64,000 nt of DNA from Paracoccaceae bacterium. GTDB taxonomy: Bacteria > Pseudomonadota > Alphaproteobacteria > Rhodobacterales > Rhodobacteraceae. Under the pieces are notes generated by a model, which worked only from the letters and a program-made list of their open reading frames with translations, was not told the DNA's origin and did no database searches. A program made the position numbers and the translations under genes. Shown here in pieces: positions 38,039 through 48,026 of the stretch (its first letter is position 1; every line of letters begins with the position of its first letter). The stretch lies in contig CACOXV010000008.1 of the NCBI GenBank assembly GCA_902631295.1, positions 9,189 through 73,188 of the forward strand. The letters run 5' to 3'.

Positions 38039-39613
38039 CTATTGGATTTCTCCAGAGATATGGATAACAGTCGGAACTTTTGCGCTGAAAGCTGCAATTA
38101 TATTTTTTTGTAGTTCTTTTTGGTTAGCTGGCTTTCTAGATAGCGCCCCATAGGATTCAGCTAATTTGCAGAAATTAGGGTTTAAAGCTTGAACGGAATT
38201 TGGAGCAATTTGCGCAGCCACCATGCTGTCCTCGATTGCTTTAAGTTTTTGGTTGTCCCAAATGAGAATTGGTAAATTAAGTTGCAATTCAACAGCGGTA
38301 CCTAACTCCTGTATTGTGTACTGAAATCCATAGTCACCAGCTATAGCTATCGTGGGCATATTGGGTCTGGCAATACAACCGCCTATCGCAGCTGGCAATG
38401 CATACCCTAAAGTCCCAAATCCATAAGGATGATGCCAATGATTAGGTTTTTTCATATCCCAAATTTCTTTAGCCAAATATGCAAATTGCGTCATATCAGA
38501 ATATACCATAGTATCTTCTGGTAAGATTTCCTCGACTGCTCTGACCACCTCTGATACCCCAGGAAACTCTCTTATTGCTTGTAAAGTCCATTCTTCACGT
38601 TTTTGCGATATAAGTTTAGGATCCCACTTTTCTGCACTATCTTGTCCATTGAAGTTTTTTAGAGATGCTTTAACAAAGTCTTCCACCTTCATATTTAGCT
38701 TAATATCCGCATTATGATGGTCACTGAGAACTTCAGGATCGGTATCGACACGAACCAGTGTACATTTGTGACCCAGATCGTATCGCCAGATATCAACTTC
38801 CGCTAGTTCTGAGCCCAGAACAACTATTAAATCTGATTTTGATAGCATACTTACAGTGTCTGGCCTAGCCAACGATGAGCCCATAAATAAAGGGTAAGTT
38901 GCTGGTATTAGTCCCCTGCCCGTAAAGCTTGTAAAACTGGCAGCACCAGTCTTTTTTATTAGCTTAAAAACGTCTGCTTTCTTTGCGCCACCACCTACAA
39001 TAAACAGAGGCTTTTCAGAGTTTTTAATTAGCTTCGAAACCTCATTTATCTCGTTTTCGGCATATGAAAAAAAGTTTTTAGCTCTTTCACTGATTTCAAA
39101 ATCAGGTGCGTTTTCTTCAAGTACTTTAATTGGGATTTGTATATGTTTTGGTCTGGGTCTCTTATCATGGAATTCTGTAAATGCCCGTTCCAATAAGCCA
39201 TAAGCAGCCTTGTAATTTTGAGCTGTCTCAGACCAGTCACAAACACTACCGGCTGCACTCTCCTGATCCAGCATTTGGTGTAACTGTCCGCGTCGGTATG
39301 CTGTTTCGTCTAAGCACGAAGAAATAGCTAGGACCGGTATGCTATCGGAGTATGATTGCCCTAGTGCAGTTAAAACATTACAAATACCTGGTCCCGTAAT
39401 AACATAAACAATTCCTGGTTTGCCACTGGCTCTGGCGTAGCCATCTGCCATGAAGCCAGCGCCCTGTTCATGTCTTGCAAGAATATGGATGAGCTCCGCT
39501 TCGTCAATGCCGCGATAAAGCTCTTGGTTGTGAACGCCGGGAATGCCAAATATGTATTGGACACCTTGGTTTTTTAAAAACCTTGATATTTGGACTCCGG
39601 TTGGTCTCTCCAT
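38039..39613 (-). CDS. aruI: ThDP-dependent decarboxylase, 5-guanidino-2-oxopentanoate (2-ketoarginine) decarboxylase-like
   Basis: FGIPGVHN, RHEQGAGFMADGYAR, GQLH, DMTQFAY, GFGTLGYALP, GDYG..N. Confidence 0.75.
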   Translation of the reverse strand: MERPTGVQISRFLKNQGVQYIFGIPGVHNQELYRGIDEAELIHILARHEQGAGFMADGYARASGKPGIVYVITGPGICNVLTALGQSYSDSIPVLAISSCLDETAYRRGQLHQMLDQESAAGSVCDWSETAQNYKAAYGLLERAFTEFHDKRPRPKHIQIPIKVLEENAPDFEISERAKNFFSYAENEINEVSKLIKNSEKPLFIVGGGAKKADVFKLIKKTGAASFTSFTGRGLIPATYPLFMGSSLARPDTVSMLSKSDLIVVLGSELAEVDIWRYDLGHKCTLVRVDTDPEVLSDHHNADIKLNMKVEDFVKASLKNFNGQDSAEKWDPKLISQKREEWTLQAIREFPGVSEVVRAVEEILPEDTMVYSDMTQFAYLAKEIWDMKKPNHWHHPYGFGTLGYALPAAIGGCIARPNMPTIAIAGDYGFQYTIQELGTAVELQLNLPILIWDNQKLKAIEDSMVAAQIAPNSVQALNPNFCKLAESYGALSRKPANQKELQKNIIAAFSAKVPTVIHISGEIQ

Positions 39614-39671
39614 ATTAATATTTTCCTAAAAAGCAGTTTACACATCTTAAAGCTATACCTAAGCTTCTTTA

Positions 39672-40697
39672 ATGCGAACCACTAAGTCAATCCATGTTAT
39701 TTCAGCTCATGCGGAAGGTGAGGTAGGAGACGTGATTATTGGTGGAGTTCCGCCGCCACCCGGAGATACAGTTTGGGAGCAGAGTAAGTGGATTTTGAGT
39801 AATGGTTTATTGCGTAATTTCCTATTAAATGAGCCCCGAGGTGGCGTTTTTAGACATTTAAATTTACTTGTCCCTCCAAAGAACCCAAAAGCAGATGCAG
39901 CTTTTATTATAATGGAGCCAGAGTTTAATCCTCCGATGTCAGGATCAAATTCGATTTGCGTCGCAACCGTTTTGCTAGATGCCGGAATAATAGAGATGGT
40001 TGAACCCATCACTAGTTTCACGCTTGAGGCGCCGGGAGGTTTAATAAAAGTAAAGGCAGAGTGTTCTAACGGAAAGGCAGATAGAATCTATGTTAAAAAT
40101 TTGCCTAGTTTCTCAAATGCTCTTGATTCAGTACTTGAGATCGACGGATATGGAGCTTTGAGGGTTGATACTGCTTTTGGTGGTGACTCGTTTGTGGTAG
40201 TGGACGCAGACAGTCTAGGCTTAAGGCTTTCTCCGGATGAAGCTAAAGATCTAGCGAAATTAGGAGAAAAGATTACTCAAGCCGCCAACGAGCAATTAAA
40301 CTTTTATCATCCCACCTATTCTGATTGGGATCATTTTTCGTTTTGCCACTTTTGTGGCCCATTATTGCAAGATAAAAACGGTAAAAAATTTAAATCTGCG
40401 GTAGCAATAAAACCTGGAAAAATTGATAGGTCGCCCACAGGGACAGCCTTGTCAGCTAAAATGGCAATCTTACACAAGCGTGGGAAAATAAAAATTGGGG
40501 AGCAGTTAACTGCAAGTTCTATTATTAATTCAGAATTCACTGGTCAAATTTTAGGATTAACTAAGGTCGGAAGTGTGGAGGCTATTTTGCCGGAAATTAG
40601 TGGTCGTGCATGGATTACGGGTACCCATCAGCACATGCTTGATCCGGCAGATCCATGGCCAAGCGGTTATCGTATTTCAGATACCTGGGGTATTTAA
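39672..40697 (+). CDS. Proline-racemase superfamily, Ser/Thr type (trans-3-hydroxy-L-proline dehydratase-like)
   Basis: HAEGEVG, LNEPRG, MSGSN (Ser) and DRSPTGT (Thr) instead of the Cys/Cys pair. Confidence 0.85.
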   Translation: MRTTKSIHVISAHAEGEVGDVIIGGVPPPPGDTVWEQSKWILSNGLLRNFLLNEPRGGVFRHLNLLVPPKNPKADAAFIIMEPEFNPPMSGSNSICVATVLLDAGIIEMVEPITSFTLEAPGGLIKVKAECSNGKADRIYVKNLPSFSNALDSVLEIDGYGALRVDTAFGGDSFVVVDADSLGLRLSPDEAKDLAKLGEKITQAANEQLNFYHPTYSDWDHFSFCHFCGPLLQDKNGKKFKSAVAIKPGKIDRSPTGTALSAKMAILHKRGKIKIGEQLTASSIINSEFTGQILGLTKVGSVEAILPEISGRAWITGTHQHMLDPADPWPSGYRISDTWGI

Positions 40698-40714
40698 ATT
40701 ATTTAGAAATATTT

Positions 40715-41917
40715 CTAATAATTGGCATTTGTGTGTCTTCTTATCCATGAGATAGTCACATAAAAAACACCTATAGAAAGTGTGAAAATAGGCAGGCCTA
40801 AACGCATATTTATATCTAGCAAAAATCCAGCAACCCAAGGCCCCATCAAATTTGAAAGTTCAAAAAGTATTACAAATCCAGCGTTTGCTGCAACAATTTC
40901 CGCTCCTGAAAATCTCCTAGATAACATTGCAAGGCCAATCGAATAGAGAGCATAAACTAATCCTGCAGCAAGAAATCCAAAGATAAGGGTTGCGAATATG
41001 GATCCTAAAAAGAATGGGATCAAGCTGGCAAATATGAGGCCTGCACAAACAGTTATTACGCCAACTTTCCGAAGACCGTATTTATCGGCTAAAATTGCAA
41101 CAGGGTACTGAAGACTTGTTGCACCCAGTGCCATGGCCGGCACGATAATCAACGCTAGAACTGGTGCAGCATCGGGTGTGCGAGTTATCATTGCGGGAAG
41201 AAGACTAATTAAGGCTAAATCTACACTGCCGACTACGACACAGGCAGAAGCTACAGTTGGGGCTCTTTTGATCAATATGAGTGGCGACGCGGAGTGTGTT
41301 TGAGTGTCTTTAGGTTCAACGCCTTTGAGTTTTAATATTGGGATTGCAGCTAAAATCAGAAGACCACCCATAATTATAAATGGAATTATCGAAAGAGCAC
41401 CAAATAACCAAATGACGACGGGTCCAATAGCAAATCCTATTGAAATAGCGGTAGCATAAATTGCCATCACACGGGTGCGATATTTTTCAGCTACAATGTT
41501 GGCCAGCCAAGCTTCAGTCAGAACCCAATGTAGACCTAGGCCAAGGCCACTTACAAACCGAAAGACAAGCCACAAACCGTAGTTGTCCGTAAAGCGGAAT
41601 GCAATTGTCATTATAGCTGCAACGATTAAGCCGGCATTAATTGTCACTATATATCCATATTTCGCAGCCAATTTTGGTGCAAAGTAGGCGCTGGACACAA
41701 CGCCAAGAGCAGCAGCTCCACACACTATGCCAATCCTTTGAAAAGATATATTGAAAGTTTCCATCCATAGGGAAATTAGTGGGAGATAGCCACCAAACGC
41801 TGCGCCAAGTGCTACGGCTGATAAAGATATCATTACCATGCCAGGAGCGGTCGTTGCCTCACTTATTTGTCGGCGTATCTTTACAGCTATGTTTTGAATT
41901 TGACTTATCCAGCCCAC
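40715..41917 (-). CDS. MFS transporter
   Basis: About 12 TM helices, LADKYG motif A, FRFVSG, EAWL. Confidence 0.88.
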   Translation of the reverse strand: MGWISQIQNIAVKIRRQISEATTAPGMVMISLSAVALGAAFGGYLPLISLWMETFNISFQRIGIVCGAAALGVVSSAYFAPKLAAKYGYIVTINAGLIVAAIMTIAFRFTDNYGLWLVFRFVSGLGLGLHWVLTEAWLANIVAEKYRTRVMAIYATAISIGFAIGPVVIWLFGALSIIPFIIMGGLLILAAIPILKLKGVEPKDTQTHSASPLILIKRAPTVASACVVVGSVDLALISLLPAMITRTPDAAPVLALIIVPAMALGATSLQYPVAILADKYGLRKVGVITVCAGLIFASLIPFFLGSIFATLIFGFLAAGLVYALYSIGLAMLSRRFSGAEIVAANAGFVILFELSNLMGPWVAGFLLDINMRLGLPIFTLSIGVFYVTISWIRRHTNANY

Positions 41918-43149
41918 TCACCGTTTCGGAAAACTGGCACTGCAGTTCCATCGGTTTTTACACCATCTACATTTATTTCGCCAGATCCAATCATCCAGTC
42001 AATATGTATCATACTGCTATTACCGCCTCTTGAGATGATCTGATCCTCACTCAGTTTTTCGCCATCTCTAAAACATTTAGAGTAACACTGACCCAACGCG
42101 ATATGACTAGCGGCATTTTCATCGAACAAAGTGTTACAAAATAAAAGACCACTTTGCGAAATTGGTGAACTGTGAGGAACTAAGGCCACCTCTCCCAAAC
42201 GCCTTGCACCTGCATCGGAGTCTAATACTTTCAATAACACTTCTTCACCTTTGGATGCATGAGCTTCAGTGATACTTCCAGATTCAAATTTTACACAGAT
42301 GTTATCAATTAATGTTCCTTGATGAGATAGAGGTTTTGTGGAGCTAACCGTACCTTCAACTTTCAGGCAATGCGGTGTGGTAAAAACCTCTTCCGACGGT
42401 ATATTTGGATTACAAATAACACCATTTTTCGCGAGAGATGCACCGCCCATCCACTCGTGATCATCTGCGAGCCCAACAGTAAGGTCAGTGCCTGGCCCTG
42501 AAAAATGTAGGGAAGCAAAGTTTTGCTGGTTTAACCAGTCTGATCGTTTTCGTAAATTTTTGTTATGCTTAGTCCACGCGCCAATAGGATCATTGGTGTT
42601 AACGCGCGAAGCTGAAAATATAGCCTCTGAAAGTTTCTTTTGAGCTTCTTTCTCTGGCAAATCTGGAAACATGCGTTTAGCCCAAGCTAACCCAGGCCAT
42701 GCTATGATATTCCAGTTTATGTCAAAGCGCGTAATTCTCTCTCTGGCCGGCGTCAATGCCTGAGAGTTTGCCTTATTAACTCTTCCAACTTTCTGAGGGT
42801 CTTCATCTGCAAGCAACATTGGGTCATCCCCAACAATTGAAAGTCTTGCAGTATCATTGTCGAAAGCTGCTCCCATTCCGTCATAAAGCCAATTAGCAGC
42901 CTTATCAAACGATGCATCAAGTGCATTTCTGTAACGTGATAATACCATCTCTGGGTCTGAAAATATTGGAGTAATAACCCCCGCACCAGATTTGTATGCA
43001 TAATCAGTTATTTTTCTAACCAGGGGTAAGGCTTCTAAAGGTGCAGTGATCATTAAATCCTGACCTGGTCTTAAGGCCAAACCCGTTTTAACAGCAAGTT
43101 CTGCCAAACGATCAATGTGAGTTGGATCTATAATCGAAGTCTCTGACAT
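41905..43149 (-). CDS. ampS: M29 aminopeptidase (AmpS/PepS family)
   Basis: PNIPSEEVFT, LGEVAL, FDENAASHIALG, HIDWMIG. Confidence 0.92.
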   Translation of the reverse strand: MSETSIIDPTHIDRLAELAVKTGLALRPGQDLMITAPLEALPLVRKITDYAYKSGAGVITPIFSDPEMVLSRYRNALDASFDKAANWLYDGMGAAFDNDTARLSIVGDDPMLLADEDPQKVGRVNKANSQALTPARERITRFDINWNIIAWPGLAWAKRMFPDLPEKEAQKKLSEAIFSASRVNTNDPIGAWTKHNKNLRKRSDWLNQQNFASLHFSGPGTDLTVGLADDHEWMGGASLAKNGVICNPNIPSEEVFTTPHCLKVEGTVSSTKPLSHQGTLIDNICVKFESGSITEAHASKGEEVLLKVLDSDAGARRLGEVALVPHSSPISQSGLLFCNTLFDENAASHIALGQCYSKCFRDGEKLSEDQIISRGGNSSMIHIDWMIGSGEINVDGVKTDGTAVPVFRNGEWAG

Positions 43150-43258
43150 ATCTTTACCTTTAGTTTTGTGTCTATGGTGCATGAATAACCGTTACGTTGA
43201 TAACTATTACTTATCAATGCACTTTCAAAAAATTATGATCTTTAAGCTGAAATTAGAG

Positions 43259-44164
43259 CTAAATATTTACAAACGAATATTCAGTGGCAGACTGCGCCAC
43301 GCGGCCTATTCCACCTTTCGGTAAATGAAAACCAATAATCAACATATCTTCATTTGATATTCGATTTAGTAGCTTCTGTCTTGTTTGAGCTGCCTCTTCC
43401 GGATTTTGGTCAAGTCCACTTAGCCAGTTTGGTCTTTTGAATGCAACATGATGGTTATTTAAAGCATCTCCGACTATTAGAGCAGATTGCGAACCATTGG
43501 CTATTTCAAAACTCATGTGGCCAGGCGTGTGGCCGGGTGTCATCAATGCCAGTACACCTGGTATCGGCTCATCTCCATCATCAAAAAATTCTATTTGATC
43601 TTGTAATGCTTCAAACCGAGTTTTAGCACCAACGGCTGTCTCTACCCTGCTCTCATCAACTTTATTAACTGTTTCTGGATTCCACCAATAATCCCATTCT
43701 GTCCTGCCAATATGATACGTGGCATTTGGAAATAACAAATCATCAAAATCGTCTAGGACACCCCAGATATGGTCTGGATGTGCATGAGTAAAAATGACGT
43801 CCGTAATATCTTCAGGCGCAAGTCCCCTCTCGTCCAAGCTATCTACAATGGCCCCCATACCATCCAAAAAGTAAACACCGGCACCAACATCAAATAGAAT
43901 TTTACGGTTCTCTGTTTCCAACAATGTTACGTTACATTCCCTAACTAATTGTTCTCGTGAAAGAGATAATTCATTGATTATCAGTTCAAGTTCAGACTTA
44001 GGCATTGTGTCGAAGGTCAACCCGGCTGGAAGTGTAATATGTCCGTCACTGACCGTTGTGATCTTTGTCGTCCCGAAGTCAATCTTAGTGTACGCTATGC
44101 TCGGTAAAGCTAGTGATAATGGCAGGCATGACGCGGCTTTAAGAAATGAACGTCTTCTAATCAT
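43259..44164 (-). CDS. Tat-exported metallo-beta-lactamase-fold hydrolase (MPH/lactonase-like)
   Basis: RRRSFLK twin-arginine signal, THAHPDH, PGHTPGH, GD. Confidence 0.88.
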   Translation of the reverse strand: MIRRRSFLKAASCLPLSLALPSIAYTKIDFGTTKITTVSDGHITLPAGLTFDTMPKSELELIINELSLSREQLVRECNVTLLETENRKILFDVGAGVYFLDGMGAIVDSLDERGLAPEDITDVIFTHAHPDHIWGVLDDFDDLLFPNATYHIGRTEWDYWWNPETVNKVDESRVETAVGAKTRFEALQDQIEFFDDGDEPIPGVLALMTPGHTPGHMSFEIANGSQSALIVGDALNNHHVAFKRPNWLSGLDQNPEEAAQTRQKLLNRISNEDMLIIGFHLPKGGIGRVAQSATEYSFVNI

Positions 44165-44228
44165 AGTTTTTCCTGAGCCAATAATATTCTCTATTTGGAA
44201 TATGTTTGATAATTTAATCTTCAGCAAG

Positions 44229-45395
44229 TTATTTATTCCTATTTACTAAAATAACCTCCTTGGGTCCCCTGAAGGCCCAACCTTTAAATTCGACTGATTT
44301 TTTTAAATATACATTGGAGAAATGTGAAAAAAATAAAGGCAGTGCTACTTCTGTGATCAGAGTTTTAGATATCCAAGCACCTGCACAGAAGTGAGGTCCA
44401 GCACCAAATGAAATAGACGGGCCATTATCTCTTGAGATGTCAAAGTAATCTGGGCTCTGAAATATAGCCTCGTCCCGATTTGCCGACCCGAACATGAAAA
44501 AGATCATGTCATTTTCATAAAACTCAACGTTTTTATAGATAAAATTTTTGGCTATGCGTCTGGGAGACATACCAATTGGAGACATCCATCGTGAATATTC
44601 CTCGAATGCTTGCAGCCATGTTTTGGAGCCTGATATTATTGAATCCAGCTGGGAATGATTTTCTAGTAAGGTTCCAATTGTTCCCGCAATAGCATCACGT
44701 GGTTCATTTTGACCTCCAGAGATAGCAAGTTTTATATTCGCTCGTATTGCATCCATAGATAATCCCGCCTCTAGTTGACTGGACAGCAAAGATGGTGTGT
44801 CATGTAGTTTAGGGTCTTTCATCTGTGCATCGATGTGCATATCAATCGATCGAGTACAATCTTCACAATTTTTTGTTACCACAGGGTCGCTAATGTAGTT
44901 AGAGCAACCGTCAATCATACCTTGGCTCACCCGATCCATTTCAATCCATTTCATTTTGCTCAAACCGGTTATAAGTTTCAAAGCTTCTGCTGATACTTGT
45001 GTGGAGAATTCAGAAACAATCTCTAATTCTTTTTTGTCGCCAATTTTTTTTATAATTTTAGTAGTTTTTTCAACAAACTTGTCCTTCCAAAAATTTTTAA
45101 CTGTTTTTGGAGAGACCGTTGGGAAAATTGCTTTTCTCTCACTAATGTGGGCGTCTCCGTCTTTTCGCATCATATTTTGCCCCATGAGCTTAGTCATTAA
45201 TCCATTCGGCTGCACAGATGAAAATACTTCCACATTCTTTTCACAGATGAAAATATCCTGATGCTTTAAAAACAGCGTTGCATTAAGCTGTGGTACATAC
45301 GTAATTGGTGAGTTTGTTCGAAAAAAACCTAGGATTGGATATGGATTACTCTCAAAGGTCTTAAGATCAATATCTTGAACAGGTGCAGAACTCAT
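44229..45395 (-). CDS. Cytochrome P450
   Basis: FGAGPHFCAG heme motif, EYSR (ExxR), SANRD; I-helix GGQNEP. Confidence 0.93.
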   Translation of the reverse strand: MSSAPVQDIDLKTFESNPYPILGFFRTNSPITYVPQLNATLFLKHQDIFICEKNVEVFSSVQPNGLMTKLMGQNMMRKDGDAHISERKAIFPTVSPKTVKNFWKDKFVEKTTKIIKKIGDKKELEIVSEFSTQVSAEALKLITGLSKMKWIEMDRVSQGMIDGCSNYISDPVVTKNCEDCTRSIDMHIDAQMKDPKLHDTPSLLSSQLEAGLSMDAIRANIKLAISGGQNEPRDAIAGTIGTLLENHSQLDSIISGSKTWLQAFEEYSRWMSPIGMSPRRIAKNFIYKNVEFYENDMIFFMFGSANRDEAIFQSPDYFDISRDNGPSISFGAGPHFCAGAWISKTLITEVALPLFFSHFSNVYLKKSVEFKGWAFRGPKEVILVNRNK

Positions 45396-45416
45396 AGAAG
45401 TTCCTTAAAATATCTT

Positions 45417-45608
45417 TTAATAACCAAATTCATTAGAACATTCTTCGTAAGATAAGTTTGGTTTGTATTCTTTACACCAAGCAAGTCCTTCAGCATCCTC
45501 TGTTGCAGGGTTTTCAATTTTTAAAATACTTATTGCAACCCATATAAAGGTTAAAAGAAAGATTAACCTAACTGGACGAAAGATTAACTTTATCATCCAC
45601 CAAATCAT
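45417..45608 (-). CDS. Small membrane-anchored hypothetical protein with a Cys pair
   Basis: N-terminal TM helix, C-x11-C in an acidic tail; first gene of the P450 run. Confidence 0.55.
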   Translation of the reverse strand: MIWWMIKLIFRPVRLIFLLTFIWVAISILKIENPATEDAEGLAWCKEYKPNLSYEECSNEFGY

Positions 45609-45728
45609 TTTTTTACCTTGGATTATTTTGTGAAAAAAGCCAGACTTATGTTTCAATTGAGTGTGAATAGATTTGGAACTTAGTCAAACGATTGGTGAAT
45701 ACTAATTCGTTTATTAGGGGGTAATTCA

Positions 45729-46967
45729 GTGAAAACAGCAATAGTAGCTGGAGCAGGGATAGTTGGTGTGTCAGCCGCCATATGGTTGCAAAGATTCGGT
45801 TACCAGGTAAAATTGATCGATCGCACTGGCCCAGCGTCTGGCACCTCTTATGGGAACGCTGGTGTTTTGGCCTCAGGTTCTATTATTCCCGTAACAATTC
45901 CAGGCTTAATTTCTAAGTCACCGAGCATGCTACTGGATCCGAATAAGCCACTTTTCCTAAAATATTCATATTTACCCCGCTTAGTGCCGTTTCTTTTTAA
46001 ATATCTAAGGCATACAAATATTGAGCATGTTGAGACTTATGCTGCTGCAATGTCTCAATTGTTGTATGATACCGTAGACCAGCATAAATCTTTAGCAAAG
46101 GGAACTGGAGCGGAAAAATATATCCAAACTACTGATTATTTGTTTGGCTATGATACAGAAGAAGCTTTCGAGAAAGATCGTTTCGCATGGGACATTCGTA
46201 GTAGACTAAAACATGATTTTGATATTTTAAAAGGGGAAGCACTACAAAGCGTTGATCCAATCTATAAAGATGCATTCAAAGTGATAGTGGTTAACCGTAA
46301 CCATGGTAAAATTAGTGATCCTGGCAAATATATAAAAGAGCTTTCAAAATATTTTGAGAATAATAACGGAGAAATAGTTCGAGCGAATATTAAAAGTTTT
46401 CAGCAAAAAGATTCAATGATCGTTGGTTTGGAGACTGACAATGGAGTGCATAAGGCAGACCATGTAATTTTTACACTGGGACCATGGTCTGGGGATTTAT
46501 CTAAAAGGCTTGGTCTCAATATACCTTTTGAAAGTGAACGCGGGTACCATATTGAGCTTATAAATCCTTCAAAAATGCCTCAAAATTCAATGATGGTTTC
46601 CTCTGGAAAATTTGTGGTAACCCCTATGGATGGGAGAATAAGATTAGCTGGACTTGTAGAATTCGGTGGATTGAAGGCCGGAGCATCTAAAGCACCGATA
46701 GAGTTACTAAAGAAAAATGCTTTAAAACTCTTTGCTGATATACAATATGATCATATTACAGAGTGGTTGGGTCATCGTCCAACAACAGCGAATAGTCTTC
46801 CGTTAATAGGTCGTGTCAAAAACTTTAAAAATGTATTTGTTGGATTTGGGCATCAGCATGTGGGCTTGACAGGGGGTGCTAAAACAGGTCGTATTATAGC
46901 TCAGTTGCTAGATGAACGAGAGCCAAATATTCAATTATCGTGGTTTGACCCAAATGAATATGCTTAA
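45729..46967 (+). CDS. DadA/DAO-family FAD-dependent dehydrogenase (paralogue of 31148)
   Basis: GAGIVG, TSYGNAG, SERGYH, GHRP...SLPLIG, FGHQHVG. Confidence 0.9.
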   Translation: MKTAIVAGAGIVGVSAAIWLQRFGYQVKLIDRTGPASGTSYGNAGVLASGSIIPVTIPGLISKSPSMLLDPNKPLFLKYSYLPRLVPFLFKYLRHTNIEHVETYAAAMSQLLYDTVDQHKSLAKGTGAEKYIQTTDYLFGYDTEEAFEKDRFAWDIRSRLKHDFDILKGEALQSVDPIYKDAFKVIVVNRNHGKISDPGKYIKELSKYFENNNGEIVRANIKSFQQKDSMIVGLETDNGVHKADHVIFTLGPWSGDLSKRLGLNIPFESERGYHIELINPSKMPQNSMMVSSGKFVVTPMDGRIRLAGLVEFGGLKAGASKAPIELLKKNALKLFADIQYDHITEWLGHRPTTANSLPLIGRVKNFKNVFVGFGHQHVGLTGGAKTGRIIAQLLDEREPNIQLSWFDPNEYA

Positions 46968-47002
46968 GCGATCTGCAACATAACAAAAATTGGGAGGAAT
47001 TA

Positions 47003-47974
47003 ATGGAGTTTAAGAATTTAGCCGCTGCTTTTGCTTGCGGTACATTTATAGCAGGTGCTTCAATAGCAGAAGACTGGGATATGCCAATGGCCTATTCCGC
47101 CACCAACTTTCATTCAGAAATGGGCGTAGTTTTTGCTGACAAAGTCCGCGATTATACCAGCGGAGAGATAAATATTACGGTTCATCCTGGTGGATCCTTG
47201 TTTAAGGGAGGTGAGATAAAAAGAGCTATACAAACGGGGCAAGCCCCTATTGGCGAAAGGTTTATGTCAGCTCATGCTAATGAAGCTCCGCTTTTGGGAT
47301 GGGACAACTTGCCGTTTCTTGCCACGACTTATGAAGCTAACAATAAGCTATGGGCAGCCGCCAAGGATAAAGTAAATTCACAATTATCCGACTTGAACCT
47401 CGTTGCTCTTTATACGTGCCCATGGCCAGGCCAAGGTTTTTATTTCAACAAAGCGGTTAATTCTTCAAAAGATACTCAGGGTGTCAAGTTTCGCTCTTAC
47501 AACTCTGCAACCGCGACTTTTGCTGAAGAGTTAGGAATGGTTCCAGTGCAAGTTGAGGCTGCTGAACTTTCGCAGGCACTGGCGACTGGAGTGGCAGAGT
47601 CATTTATTTCATCTGGATCTACCGGATACGATAGAAAGGTATGGGAACATTTATCACACTACTATAAAGTAAATGCTTGGTTACCTCGTAACTACGTAAT
47701 GGTTAATAAGGGTGTTTGGGAAGGTTTGAACTCTGATATGAGGGGTGCTATCCAAAAAGCTGCAGATGAAACTGGAGCAGCATGCTCTGCCAAATCTGCT
47801 GAATTAGCGAATTGGTATTTTGAGCAGCTTGAAGCAAATGGAATGGCTGTAGAAGATGCAAGTCCAGAATTTTTGGCTGAGCTACAGGCGATTGGAGCAA
47901 AGATGACTTCAGATTGGTTGGCATCAGCGGGAGCAGATGGTCAAGCAATATTGGATGCTTACAAATCAAATTAA
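47003..47974 (+). CDS. dctP: TRAP substrate-binding protein, Bordetella DctP6/7 (pyroglutamate-binding)-like clade
   Basis: WDMPMAYSATNFH, PWPGQG, KFRSYN; GGGAGG RBS. Confidence 0.9.
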   Translation: MEFKNLAAAFACGTFIAGASIAEDWDMPMAYSATNFHSEMGVVFADKVRDYTSGEINITVHPGGSLFKGGEIKRAIQTGQAPIGERFMSAHANEAPLLGWDNLPFLATTYEANNKLWAAAKDKVNSQLSDLNLVALYTCPWPGQGFYFNKAVNSSKDTQGVKFRSYNSATATFAEELGMVPVQVEAAELSQALATGVAESFISSGSTGYDRKVWEHLSHYYKVNAWLPRNYVMVNKGVWEGLNSDMRGAIQKAADETGAACSAKSAELANWYFEQLEANGMAVEDASPEFLAELQAIGAKMTSDWLASAGADGQAILDAYKSN

Positions 47975-47981
47975 GCTAATA

Positions 47982-48012
47982 TAAAATGCCCCGCTAAAAG
48001 CGGGGCATTTTA
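47982..48012 (+). terminator. Hairpin after dctP (partial terminator or mRNA stabiliser)
   Basis: TAAAATGCCCCGCT-AAA-AGCGGGGCATTTTA perfect 14-bp stem. Confidence 0.75.
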
Positions 48013-48026
48013 AAAGGAGGCAGAAA

